From contig JAJYJS010000003.1 in the NCBI GenBank assembly GCA_021789215.1, positions 49,828-113,827 of the forward strand: DNA of 64,000 nt, written 5' to 3'. The notes beneath the pieces are model-generated. The model did not search any database. It was given only the letters and a program-made list of their open reading frames with translations, and was not told the DNA's origin. Below, one piece after another: positions 38,674 to 47,583 of this stretch (within the stretch, counting starts at the first letter, position 1; the number at the start of each line of letters is the position of its first letter). Both the position numbers and the translations under genes were made by a program. The DNA is from Nitrospirota bacterium. GTDB taxonomy: Bacteria > Nitrospirota > Thermodesulfovibrionia > Thermodesulfovibrionales > JdFR-88.

Positions 38674-39695
38674 TTAAGCGAGTCCCGCGCCTCCGCCGAC
38701 AGCCTGTACGCCATGGGCGTTTCCCCGATGCCGAACTTGTGGGTGACGGCCATCTCCGCCCGGACATGGCCTGCCGCTATCATATCGAGCGCCCTTTGGG
38801 TTTCCACCGGGCCCGTCGAATAACTTGGGATAAGCGCTATCTCCCTGAAATAGACCAAATTGGGGTCGATTACAAGCTTTTCCCCGGGTTTGGCCGGGGT
38901 GAAGAGGATTACCTTCCCGCCTTCCGCGGCGGACCTGACGGCGGTCTCCATCGCGCTTGCGCTGTTTGGCCCGGATATCACGATGTCTGCCCCGCGCCCC
39001 CCGGTAAGCTTCAACAGCTCCTGAACAAGGTCTCTTTTTTCCTCCCCGGGAAAAACCTCTATCACCTCGTCCGCGCCAAGCTCCCTGGCCTTGTTCAGCC
39101 TCCAGGGCACCATGTCCGCCCCGATGATCCGTCCTGCGCCCATCGCCTTAAGCGCAAGGATGTGGAGAGCGCCCATCACGCCGAGTCCTATTACGAAAGC
39201 CGTGCGCCCGGAAACAGGCCCAACCTTGCCAAGCCCTTTCAGCACGCAGCCCAGGGGCTCCATGAGCGCGCCGTCCTCGAACGATATGCCGTCGGGCAGC
39301 CTGCGCGTGTCGTTTTTCAGGTTCAGGGCGGGTATGAGTATGTATTCGGCTATGCCGCCGGGGATTATCGAAGACGCCTTCCATGCGGGGCAATGGACGT
39401 GCTCTCCCCTCAGGCAGAACGGGCATGAGGCATCCAGACAGGGGGCATGGTGATGGACGGCAACCCTGTCGCCCTCCCTGAAATTCTTTACTCCCGGACC
39501 GGTCTTTACGATTATCCCCGCGGGTTCGTGCCCCAGCACCAGCGGGGCCTTTTTTTCTATGTACCAGGGCATCACGTCGCCCGAACAGATGCCCGAGGCC
39601 ATCGTCTTCATCAGGGCCTCTCCCGGCCCCGGCTCAGGCACGGGCATTTCCTCCACGCGGATGTCGTTAAAGCTGTAAAGCCTGGCCGCTTTCAT
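38649..39695 (-). CDS. Zinc-dependent alcohol/polyol dehydrogenase (MDR family)
   Basis: GICSGDV...VLGHEPAG zinc site and a GLGVMG Rossmann motif, 348 aa. Confidence 0.85.
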   Translation of the reverse strand: MKAARLYSFNDIRVEEMPVPEPGPGEALMKTMASGICSGDVMPWYIEKKAPLVLGHEPAGIIVKTGPGVKNFREGDRVAVHHHAPCLDASCPFCLRGEHVHCPAWKASSIIPGGIAEYILIPALNLKNDTRRLPDGISFEDGALMEPLGCVLKGLGKVGPVSGRTAFVIGLGVMGALHILALKAMGAGRIIGADMVPWRLNKARELGADEVIEVFPGEEKRDLVQELLKLTGGRGADIVISGPNSASAMETAVRSAAEGGKVILFTPAKPGEKLVIDPNLVYFREIALIPSYSTGPVETQRALDMIAAGHVRAEMAVTHKFGIGETPMAYRLSAEARDSLKCVIIFGT

Positions 39696-40717
39696 CGGCG
39701 GGGGTCTATGACGTACTTGATGCCGTCTCCGGCGGAAAGTTTCCTGAGCGCCTCTTCGGTCTCCTCCAGCGGATAAACGCCGGAGATGAGCGGCTTCACA
39801 TCGACCCCGCCGCTTTCGAGAAGCCCGAATGCCTCCCTGACATCGCGCGGACAGAAGTGAAACGACGCCATCAGCGCAAGCTCGTCATAATGGATGCGTT
39901 CAGCAAGGTACTGGACAGGCGTGCCCTTTTTGAGCCCGCCAAAGAGCATCACGGAGCCGCCCCGCCTCACATGGTCAGGAGCAGACTCCCAAACCTCCCT
40001 GCGCCCGGTGCATTCAATCGCATAGTCCACACCGCCCGGAGAGAATTCCTTTACTGCCCGGGCAAGCCCGTCCGGTTTTGTTGCAGCGTCCGCACCCAGC
40101 CGCCGGGCAAGCGCGAGCCTCTCTTCCTCAAGGGCGCAGACCGCGGCCCGGAGCCCCCCGGCCTTCAATAATATGAGGTGCAGGAGGCCTATCGGCCCCG
40201 CGCCAAAAATCAATGCGGTCTTTTTCGCTTTATCCTTTATCGCCAGCCTGTTCACGCCGTGGACAACACAGCTTAAGGGCTCAAGGAACGCGGCCTCCCC
40301 GAAAGAGAGTTTTTTTGGCTTTATGAAGGTGTTATCCCTTACAACGCGGGCCGGAAGGAGCAGATATTCGCCGAACGCGCCAAGCACCTTGGTCTCCATG
40401 ATGTTTTCGCACAGGTTATAAAAGCCCCGGCGGCAATAGGCACAGCTCCGGCAGGGGGCCGTGTGCACGGCCATTATCCCGTCACCCTCCCTGAACCGCC
40501 TGACGCCGGGGCCGGCCTGGGCCACAACACCAGAGAACTCGTGCCCGAAGGGGCCTGGCATCGGGATGAGCTTATGCCCCCTCAGGTATGCCTTCAGGTC
40601 CGTCCCGCAGGTAAGCGCGGCGCTGACTTTTACGAGCAATTCCCCTTTGGCGGGGGAGGGCAGCCCGGTCTCTTTCATGCCGGTGCGTCCGGGTCCTATA
40701 AGCCAGACTTGCCGCAT
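39692..40717 (-). CDS. Zinc-dependent alcohol dehydrogenase (MDR family), second paralogue
   Basis: LTCGTDLK, GHEFSG, CRSCAYCRRGFYNLC (structural Zn) and GAGPIGLL motifs. The start at ATG 40717 avoids overlap with the upstream small ORF. Confidence 0.8.
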   Translation of the reverse strand: MRQVWLIGPGRTGMKETGLPSPAKGELLVKVSAALTCGTDLKAYLRGHKLIPMPGPFGHEFSGVVAQAGPGVRRFREGDGIMAVHTAPCRSCAYCRRGFYNLCENIMETKVLGAFGEYLLLPARVVRDNTFIKPKKLSFGEAAFLEPLSCVVHGVNRLAIKDKAKKTALIFGAGPIGLLHLILLKAGGLRAAVCALEEERLALARRLGADAATKPDGLARAVKEFSPGGVDYAIECTGRREVWESAPDHVRRGGSVMLFGGLKKGTPVQYLAERIHYDELALMASFHFCPRDVREAFGLLESGGVDVKPLISGVYPLEETEEALRKLSAGDGIKYVIDPRR

Positions 40718-40727
40718 CGGGGCGTAT

Positions 40728-40976
40728 CTAGAAGACCAGCTTGCCGCCTGATATCTGGCCAAGCACGGCGGCGGCAACAAAAAAGGGGATGTATCTGTAG
40801 TCCAGATGGGAAAGCGTCCTGCCCAGGAAGATGAACGGTATCGGCAGGTGTATGTACAGGAACCACTTGAAGGAGAGTTTCCTCACCCTGGTCCTGAAGT
40901 GGCCAAAAGGGATGTTGAGCATGTATGTAAGGACGAAAAGCCCCAGCACAAGGGCGATTCTGGGCATGAGGTCCAT
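40728..40976 (-). CDS. Small integral membrane protein (82 aa, hypothetical)
   Basis: Three hydrophobic segments. It is positioned as the first gene of the ADH/ADH/cupin unit. No family recognised. Confidence 0.45.
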   Translation of the reverse strand: MDLMPRIALVLGLFVLTYMLNIPFGHFRTRVRKLSFKWFLYIHLPIPFIFLGRTLSHLDYRYIPFFVAAAVLGQISGGKLVF

Positions 40977-41012
40977 GTCTAAAATTAACGCAAACCGGAA
41001 ATGGCTGTCAAA

Positions 41013-43802
41013 CTAGTCCAGGAGCTCCCTTATCTTTCCGGCGAGCGCGGCGGGCATTATGGGCTTGTTTAAAAAAGCCGTGCCCGGTTCAATTGCGCCC
41101 TCAAGCAGTATCGCCCCATCGGCGTACCCGGACATGAAGATGACCTTCATGCCGGGCCTCTTTTCCTTTATGCTTTTTGCCAGCTGCCTGCCGTTCATGC
41201 CGGGCATTACAATGTCGGTGAGGAGGAGGTCTATGCAACCCTTGTGGGAACCTGATATGTTCAACGCCTCCTCGCTGCCTGCCGCCTCAAGGACATTATA
41301 GCCAAGCGGCCTCAGCAGCTCCCCCATAAGCTCGCGTATCGAGGGCTCGTCCTCGGCCACTAAAATGGTCTCGGTCCCGCCGGGAAGTGCAAGCTGCGGT
41401 TTCTGCGGGGCGTTTTCGATATTGAGGTGCGACACGGGCAGGTATATCTTGAACGTGGTCCCCTTGCCGGGTTCGCTGTAAACGTATATATAGCCGTTAT
41501 GCTGTTTTACAATCCCGTAAACTGTGGCAAGTCCGAGCCCGGTCCCCTTGCCCAGCTCCTTTGTCGTGAAGAAAGGCTCGAATATCCTCCCGCGGACCTC
41601 GGGGCTCATGCCCTCGCCCGTGTCGGTGATGGAGAGCATCACGTACTTGCCCGGTTTCGGGATTCCGTTGTGCCTCTGCGCGTAATGGACGTCCATCTCC
41701 ACGTCGGCGGTCTCGATGACCAGTTTCCCGCCGGAGGGCATCGCGTCCCTGGCGTTTACCGCGATGTTCATGAGTATCTGCTCAACCTGGACGGGGTCCG
41801 CCGTGACGTTCTCCACGGGAGAGCCCGTGTTCAGTTCGAGTTTTATGTCCTCGCCTATTATGCGGGTGAGCATCTTGCCCATGTTTTCTATGACGGTGTT
41901 GAGGTTTATGGTCTTCATCTCAAGCACCTGCTTGCGGCTGAAGGCCAGGAGCTGTTTCGTAAGCAGGGCGGCCCTTTCTCCGGCTTCCTTTATTATCGTC
42001 ACCTTTTCCAGCATCGGGTGGCCCTGGGGCAGGTTCATCATGACAAGCTCGCTGTAGCCCAGTATCGCGCAGAGTATGTTGTTGAAGTCGTGCGCTATGC
42101 CGCCGACCAGCCTCCCTACGGACTCCATTTTCTGCGACTGGATGAGCTGGTTCTGGAGGTTCTGCTGCTCCTGCTCGAATTTCTTCCGCGCCGTCAGGTC
42201 CCTGACAACATGGACAATGCCCAGCAGGTTGTTGTTCCTGTCGAACCTGGGGAGGGCCTTTATTTCGAGGTGTTTCCCGAGGGAGGGCTCGTAAATCTCA
42301 ACCGTTTCAGGCCCCCCGGACATAATCGCCTTATGGTTGGGGCACTCGGATATGGGGGCGTTTGTGCCATGGAAAAGCTCATGGCACTTGTATTTTGTGA
42401 TCTCTTCCAGGCTCTTGCCGAGCAGTTCCCCGGCGGCCCTGTTGGCCCGCACAACCCGGAAGTTCAGGTCGTTTATGGTTATGGCCTCGTTTATCGAGTT
42501 GAACGAATCCTCCCATTCCTGCTTGGCCTGGACAAGCAGGTCCTGCATCTTCCTCATGCCGGTGATGTTCATTACCATGCCGTTTAGTATCTCGCCGTCC
42601 AGCGCGGCATAAAGAAGGGCATAAACCGTCTTGCCGGACTTTGAAACAAGCTCTATCTCCAGGTTTTCGATCTTGCCGTCCCTGAGCAGGCCCTTTATCA
42701 TCTCCGACCTCTTGACGGGGTCTTTGTAAAAGCTCTGGACGCTCCTGGCAAGGACCTCTTCGACCGAATGTTCGAGCATACCCGCCATAGCCCTGTTGGC
42801 ATAGAGGAAATCCCCTTCGACCGTTGTCCTGTAAACGCCCACGAGGGAGTTGTCAACCAGGTCCCGGTATTTCTTCTCGGACTGCCTGAGGGCCTCTTCA
42901 GTATTTTTACGGTCCGTGATGTCCCGCACTATCTCTATTCCCGCCATTATCCGGCCCGAACGGTCTTTAAGCGGCGAGGCGGTTGTCTCGAATTTCCTCA
43001 CGCCCCTGCTGGTGACAGCCACCCTTTCGGCCTGGTGGATGCCCCCGTCTTTAAGGGACATCTCAACCGGACAGCCGGGGCAGACACTGTTTCTATGCTG
43101 ATATGCCCTGTAGCAGTACTCTCCGGCATGGTCGCCAATGCGGCTTTTATGTATCTGGTTCTGGAACAATATCTTGAATTCCGTATCCTGAATGCTGAGC
43201 CCGTCGCCCAGGGCCGCCAGTATCGAATCGGACCTTGACCTTTCCTGCTCAACCCGCGATATCGCCGCCCGGAGGGCCTCTTCTATCTCTTTGTACCGGG
43301 TAATGTCCCGCACCATCTCGATCGCGGCGATTATACCCCCGGCGGCGTCCCTTATCGGGGAGGCTATGACCTCTATGTAGACAGTTGACCCGTCTTTGTT
43401 CACCATGGTTTCGCGCCTGTGGGTGGCGCCGTCAGCAAAGACAAGCGGCAGAAGGCAGCCTTCGCACACATTTTCCCTCTGCTGGTAAGCCCTGTAGCAG
43501 TGCTCGCCTATGTGGCTGCCGTTTATGTTTTTGTGGGATTGGTTCTGGTAGAGGATGTGGAAATCCCTGTCCTGCACGGTTATGCCGTCGGCCACGGCGG
43601 CAAAGACGGCCTCAAGCAGGCCTTTTTCCTCGTCCAGTTCCTTGCGCGGGGCCTCAACACGGGCCTGAGGGCCGGTTTCACCATCCGCGGGACTTTTTCT
43701 TTCAAGCTCCGCTATCCGGCGCTTCAGGGCCTCCAGCTCGCCTATTAATTGTTCTCTGGACTTGTCCTTGTATTCCATGCCCTGTAAAAAGCAAAAACCC
43801 AT
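41013..43802 (-). CDS. Multi-PAS hybrid sensor histidine kinase with receiver domain
   Basis: 929-aa ORF with a coiled-coil N-terminus and four or more PAS-like modules. It has an H-box ([14 protein letters not shown]), then NIAVNARDAM, DTGEGM, GTGLGLATVYGIV and a C-terminal receiver (ILVAEDE...LLLTDIVMPGMNG). Confidence 0.85.
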   Translation of the reverse strand: MGFCFLQGMEYKDKSREQLIGELEALKRRIAELERKSPADGETGPQARVEAPRKELDEEKGLLEAVFAAVADGITVQDRDFHILYQNQSHKNINGSHIGEHCYRAYQQRENVCEGCLLPLVFADGATHRRETMVNKDGSTVYIEVIASPIRDAAGGIIAAIEMVRDITRYKEIEEALRAAISRVEQERSRSDSILAALGDGLSIQDTEFKILFQNQIHKSRIGDHAGEYCYRAYQHRNSVCPGCPVEMSLKDGGIHQAERVAVTSRGVRKFETTASPLKDRSGRIMAGIEIVRDITDRKNTEEALRQSEKKYRDLVDNSLVGVYRTTVEGDFLYANRAMAGMLEHSVEEVLARSVQSFYKDPVKRSEMIKGLLRDGKIENLEIELVSKSGKTVYALLYAALDGEILNGMVMNITGMRKMQDLLVQAKQEWEDSFNSINEAITINDLNFRVVRANRAAGELLGKSLEEITKYKCHELFHGTNAPISECPNHKAIMSGGPETVEIYEPSLGKHLEIKALPRFDRNNNLLGIVHVVRDLTARKKFEQEQQNLQNQLIQSQKMESVGRLVGGIAHDFNNILCAILGYSELVMMNLPQGHPMLEKVTIIKEAGERAALLTKQLLAFSRKQVLEMKTINLNTVIENMGKMLTRIIGEDIKLELNTGSPVENVTADPVQVEQILMNIAVNARDAMPSGGKLVIETADVEMDVHYAQRHNGIPKPGKYVMLSITDTGEGMSPEVRGRIFEPFFTTKELGKGTGLGLATVYGIVKQHNGYIYVYSEPGKGTTFKIYLPVSHLNIENAPQKPQLALPGGTETILVAEDEPSIRELMGELLRPLGYNVLEAAGSEEALNISGSHKGCIDLLLTDIVMPGMNGRQLAKSIKEKRPGMKVIFMSGYADGAILLEGAIEPGTAFLNKPIMPAALAGKIRELLD

Positions 43803-43864
43803 ATCCGCGCACTAATTATAAACTTTTTCCTTTTTAATTTTCACGCCTGCTGAATAATTGTGAT

Positions 43865-43958
43865 GTCATTGCGAGCAATGAATATTGCGAAGCAATCCCC
43901 ATTCAGGTTTTAATCAAGAAAGACGAGATTGCTTCGGGATAAGACCCCTCGCAATGAC
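43865..43958. repeat. Palindromic intergenic element, family A, copy 2
   Basis: GTCATTGCGAGcaatgaatattGCGAAGCAATC ... GATTGCTTCGggataagaccCCTCGCAATGAC. The termini are the same as at 11717-11804. Confidence 0.7.
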
Positions 43959-44052
43959 GAATAAAATAAGCTCCACGCAATGACTTTAAAGGAGTTTTTT
44001 TCAGCATTCTTTTTGAGAGGGGGCGAAAATTCCGCTGTGATAAGATTTACTC

Positions 44053-45267
44053 ATGATAACGGTGGAACAGCTTGGCGGAAGGCCCGTATGGGAAGAGTAT
44101 GCCGAGGCGGCCGAGAGGAAGGGTATTGGCCATCCGGACACCATCACGGACAGCATCTGCGAGGCCGTTTCAATCGCGCTCTCAAAAGAATACCTCAGCT
44201 CGGCGGGAAGGATACTGCACTACAACATAGACAAGGGGCTGTTGTCCGCCGGAACGGCCCGGAAGGATTTCCGTGGCGGGAAGGTGCTTAAGCCCATGCG
44301 CCTTTACATAGGCGACAGGGCGACATTCGAGTTCATGGGCAAAAAAATCCCGGTCCGGGAGGTCGCGGCCGGAGCCGCCAGAAAATGGATATCGGAGAAC
44401 CTGCGCTTCGTGGAGCCGGAACGCCACGTGCGCTGCAACGTGGTGCTCGCGCCGGGCTCCGCCCAACTGGCGAAGATATACACGAATGGGTCCGGCGTTC
44501 CGGCGGCAAACGACACCTCAGCCGCAACCGGATACTGGCCGCTTTCCCCCACCGAAGAGATGGTGCTTGCACTCGAAAAATACCTCAATTCAAAGGCCTT
44601 CAAAAACCGCTTCCCCGAAACCGGCGAAGACGTCAAGGTGATGGGCCTGAGGGAGGGCAGGCAGCTTTCCCTTACGGTCGCCATGCCGCTTGTGGACAGG
44701 TTCATACGCACGGAGGCCGAATATTTCGAGAGGAAACAGACGGTGCTTGAGATGATGGAAAGGTTCGTTGCGGCCCGCAACAGGGGCGCTTTCGATGACG
44801 TGCTGCTCTATTTCAACAGCCTCGACGAAAGGGGAAAGGGGCTTGCGGGCATATACCTGAGCGTGCTGGGCACCTCGGCCGAGGACGCCGACAGCGGCCA
44901 GGCAGGGCGCGGCAACAGGGTGAACGGGCTCATAAGCTTCTGCCGCCCCCAGGGGATGGAGGCCGCCGCCGGCAAAAACCCGAAAAGCCACGTGGGGAAG
45001 ATATATAACGTGCTCTCCTATAAGCTGGCCAGGAGGATTTACGAGGAAGTGGAGGGGCTGTCGGAGGCCTGCGTGCTGCTTGTCAGCAGGATAGGGCTTC
45101 CGGTAAACAGTCCGCCATTGGTTTCCGCCAGACTGAGGCTCAAAAAGGGCGTCCGCATCGGCGATGTCTCAGGCCCGGCGAGGGAGATAATCGAGGAAGA
45201 GCTTTCGGCGAAAAAGATTTCGTCCTTCACGCGGGAGCTTGCGCGGGGCAAATACAGCGTGTGCTAA
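44053..45267 (+). CDS. Archaeal-type S-adenosylmethionine synthetase (methionine adenosyltransferase)
   Basis: The protein is collinear with the archaeal MAT family as I remember it (M. jannaschii type): ERKGIGHPD, ANDTS, GEDVKVMGLREG, LGTSAEDADSGQAGRGNRVNGLI, MEAAAGKNPKSHVGKIYN. It lacks the bacterial MetK motifs. Confidence 0.85.
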   Translation: MITVEQLGGRPVWEEYAEAAERKGIGHPDTITDSICEAVSIALSKEYLSSAGRILHYNIDKGLLSAGTARKDFRGGKVLKPMRLYIGDRATFEFMGKKIPVREVAAGAARKWISENLRFVEPERHVRCNVVLAPGSAQLAKIYTNGSGVPAANDTSAATGYWPLSPTEEMVLALEKYLNSKAFKNRFPETGEDVKVMGLREGRQLSLTVAMPLVDRFIRTEAEYFERKQTVLEMMERFVAARNRGAFDDVLLYFNSLDERGKGLAGIYLSVLGTSAEDADSGQAGRGNRVNGLISFCRPQGMEAAAGKNPKSHVGKIYNVLSYKLARRIYEEVEGLSEACVLLVSRIGLPVNSPPLVSARLRLKKGVRIGDVSGPAREIIEEELSAKKISSFTRELARGKYSVC

Positions 45268-45653
45268 TAAACCGGCTGCCGCGAGAGCAGGGCAACAGCC
45301 CTTCTCTGCGCCTTTGTCCAGATAAGGCTTCCGCCAAACGCGAGCGCAAAGACCAGCACCAGTTTCACTATCAGAAGGTCCGTCCTTGAATGCCCCACGG
45401 CCGCCGCCCACTCATAGGAATGGAACATGAGCACCCTGGGTATGCCGCCAATCAGTATCCAGTAGAGGGAAATTCTTGCCAGTCGGGTCGTGTTCGCATG
45501 GAACCGGCTGAAATAAGCGGCCGATTCGGGGGACCAGTCCGCCTCGAAATGCCTTACGGCGGCCCACATCGCCACCCCGCTTGCCGCAAGCAGGGCCGCG
45601 GCGGCGTCATGAAGGAAGTTGCTCGCTATCAGCGCGACGATTAACAAACCCAT
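45264..45653 (-). CDS. Hypothetical 4-TM membrane protein
   Basis: 129-aa ORF with four hydrophobic helices and several conserved-looking His residues. It is convergent with the MAT gene (4-nt overlap). Confidence 0.5.
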   Translation of the reverse strand: MGLLIVALIASNFLHDAAAALLAASGVAMWAAVRHFEADWSPESAAYFSRFHANTTRLARISLYWILIGGIPRVLMFHSYEWAAAVGHSRTDLLIVKLVLVFALAFGGSLIWTKAQRRAVALLSRQPVY

Positions 45654-45747
45654 TTGTAATCTTATTATAAACGAAAAGGGGCCGCACGGGCCTCATTACA
45701 AAATAGGGCCGCATTGCGTGTATAATAAACGGCAGGGCTAAAGAAGA

Positions 45748-46746
45748 ATGTTCAGAAGATCCTCTTTATTTTTCTTTTTTTGCATGATCATTGCGGCCTT
45801 GGCGCTGGTTTCCTGCTCGCCGCCCCCCGTGGAGAAGCCCCCGGACCTCTGCTGGCCTTTCCCTCCGCAAAAACCGAGGATAAAGTTCGTTGACCTCGTA
45901 ATCGGCAGCCAGGACGCCACGGGCATAAGGGAGGGCAAGTTCAGCCGGATATTCTTTGGCGACGAGGGCGACATAAGGTTCTCCAAACCGGCCTTTGTGG
46001 CGTACAAGGACGGGGCAATGTATGTGACCGACATCAGGTCCCTGCACATCTTCGACTTCAAAAGGAAAAAATACATCGCGGCGGGAACGGACGTCCTGAT
46101 AACGCCGACCGGCGTGGCTGCGAATAACGAGGGGCAGGTGTTTGTAGGGGACTCTTCAAGAAAGGTTGTTTATATATTCAGCAGGCATGGCAGGCTGCTG
46201 GCCTCATTCGGAAGGTTCCAGTCCCCGTCGGGGATCGCGGTGGACGAAGCGAGACAGCACCTGATTGTGGCGGACGCAAAGGCGGACGACATCCAGGTCT
46301 TTGATTTCAAGGGCAACCTGCTGTTCAAATTCGGCAAGCGCGGGAAGGAAAAAGGCGAATTCAACATGCCCTACGGGGTGGCTGTGGACTCCAAAGGCAA
46401 TATCTGCGTCGTGGATTCCGGCAATTTCCGGGTCCAGATATTCGACAGCACAGGCAAGTTCATAAGCACGTTCGGCCATGTCGGCATAAACCCCGGCACA
46501 TTCGCCAGGCCCAAGGGTATCGCCCTGGATTCCGAGGGCCATATATACGTAGTCGATTCGGCCTTCGGCAATTTCCAGATATTTGACGAGCAGGGCAGGG
46601 TTTACCTTGTCGTAGGCTCCAACGGGTATGATGCCGGGCAGTTCCAGCTCCCCTTCGGCATCGCCATAAACTCCAGCGACATGATCTTCGTCGTTGACCA
46701 GGTGAACCGCAGGATCCAGGAGTTTCAATACCTCAAAGGGCACTGA
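45748..46746 (+). CDS. NHL-repeat beta-propeller lipoprotein
   Basis: Lipobox LALVS-C. There are five to six repeats of the NHL pattern (e.g. PSGIAVDEARQHLIVADAKADDIQVFD, PYGVAVDSKGNICVVDSGNFRVQIFD, PKGIALDSEGHIYVVDSAFGNFQIFD). A TATAAT lies at 45721-45726 upstream. Confidence 0.8.
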   Translation: MFRRSSLFFFFCMIIAALALVSCSPPPVEKPPDLCWPFPPQKPRIKFVDLVIGSQDATGIREGKFSRIFFGDEGDIRFSKPAFVAYKDGAMYVTDIRSLHIFDFKRKKYIAAGTDVLITPTGVAANNEGQVFVGDSSRKVVYIFSRHGRLLASFGRFQSPSGIAVDEARQHLIVADAKADDIQVFDFKGNLLFKFGKRGKEKGEFNMPYGVAVDSKGNICVVDSGNFRVQIFDSTGKFISTFGHVGINPGTFARPKGIALDSEGHIYVVDSAFGNFQIFDEQGRVYLVVGSNGYDAGQFQLPFGIAINSSDMIFVVDQVNRRIQEFQYLKGH

Positions 46747-46758
46747 AGCCCAAAGACT

Positions 46759-46787
46759 TTGACTTGTCTTGCCTTTATACCTACAAT
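46759..46787 (+). promoter_or_regulatory. Sigma70-type promoter of the tetraheme cytochrome gene
   Basis: TTGACT (46759-46764), a 17-nt spacer and TACAAT (46782-46787). An AAGGAGG RBS lies about 8 nt before the ATG at 46843. Confidence 0.5.
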
Positions 46788-46842
46788 TTGAGTATATTTT
46801 CCTTCCAGTATCAAAAAAAACCGAAAAAGGAGGGTTTTCCGC

Positions 46843-47421
46843 ATGAAAGCCGCAAAAAAGTTTTTTTTGCTCGCCGCTTTTTTCCTCATGATGCCGGTCG
46901 TGGCCTATGGCGCCGGCGCGCATGACGCCCTTAAGTGCACCGGGTGCCACTCGATGCACGACGCAAAGGGCGACGTCATTTTCGCTGTAAAGCCAAATAC
47001 GGGCACCAACCCGGACACCAAACAGCCTTATGAAGGTGTGACATCCCTTTGCCTTGGCTGCCATGAAACATCCGAGCACGGCGGTTTCGGCATCCTGCCC
47101 ATCTCCGCCCACAAGAGCCATCCTTTCGGCGTGGTCCCTAACCCGAGGATAGCCAAGGTGCCAGCCGAGCTGCTCAGGAACGGCAGGCTCGAATGCGTAA
47201 GCTGCCACGAGCCTCACCCGTCCAACAGCAATTACAAATATCTCCGCGTGGACACCAAAAAGCTGGGCATGGAGACCTTCTGCGCCGTCTGCCATCCCGA
47301 CAGGACGGACGCCTCCACAAAGGACGTAAAAATATTCGGCTTCGACAAGGGAGAGCAGGGGCCCGCGCAGGGAGCGGCACCAAAGCCCAAAGCCGCCCCC
47401 AAAGCAAAAACAACCAAATAG
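46843..47421 (+). CDS. Tetraheme cytochrome c with Lys/Pro/Ala-rich C-terminal tail
   Basis: Signal peptide (..VVAYG/AGA) and 4 CXXCH motifs (CTGCH, CLGCH, CVSCH, CAVCH). The C-terminal tail is GPAQGAAPKPKAAPKAKTTK. Confidence 0.85.
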   Translation: MKAAKKFFLLAAFFLMMPVVAYGAGAHDALKCTGCHSMHDAKGDVIFAVKPNTGTNPDTKQPYEGVTSLCLGCHETSEHGGFGILPISAHKSHPFGVVPNPRIAKVPAELLRNGRLECVSCHEPHPSNSNYKYLRVDTKKLGMETFCAVCHPDRTDASTKDVKIFGFDKGEQGPAQGAAPKPKAAPKAKTTK

Positions 47422-47449
47422 CTGATTCAAGAATAAAATATTAAAAAAC

Positions 47450-47481
47450 CCCTTCCCGAATCGGGAAGGGGTTTTTTTTCT
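47450..47481 (+). terminator. Intrinsic terminator after the tetraheme gene
   Basis: CCCCTTCCCGaatCGGGAAGGGG followed by a T9 run. Confidence 0.75.
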
Positions 47482-47583
47482 TTACTGCCCGGGACCGGGC
47501 AACTCCATCCCTCTGGACAGCGTTCAGGAAAGGAATGGAAAAATGCTGGCTGAAATGGTATATAATAGTAGCAATTTTTACTC

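Noticed and set aside
45690-45730. Possible sigma54 (-24/-12) promoter upstream of the NHL gene (gggccgcattgcg)
   Set aside because: The GG to GC spacing does not fit TGGCAC-N5-TTGC. Only a sigma70-like TATAAT at 45721-45726 is supported.
46204-47430. 408-aa minus-strand ORF spanning the NHL and tetraheme genes
   Set aside because: It crosses an intergenic promoter region and is antisense to two genes with clear NHL repeats and CXXCH motifs. It is therefore a shadow ORF.
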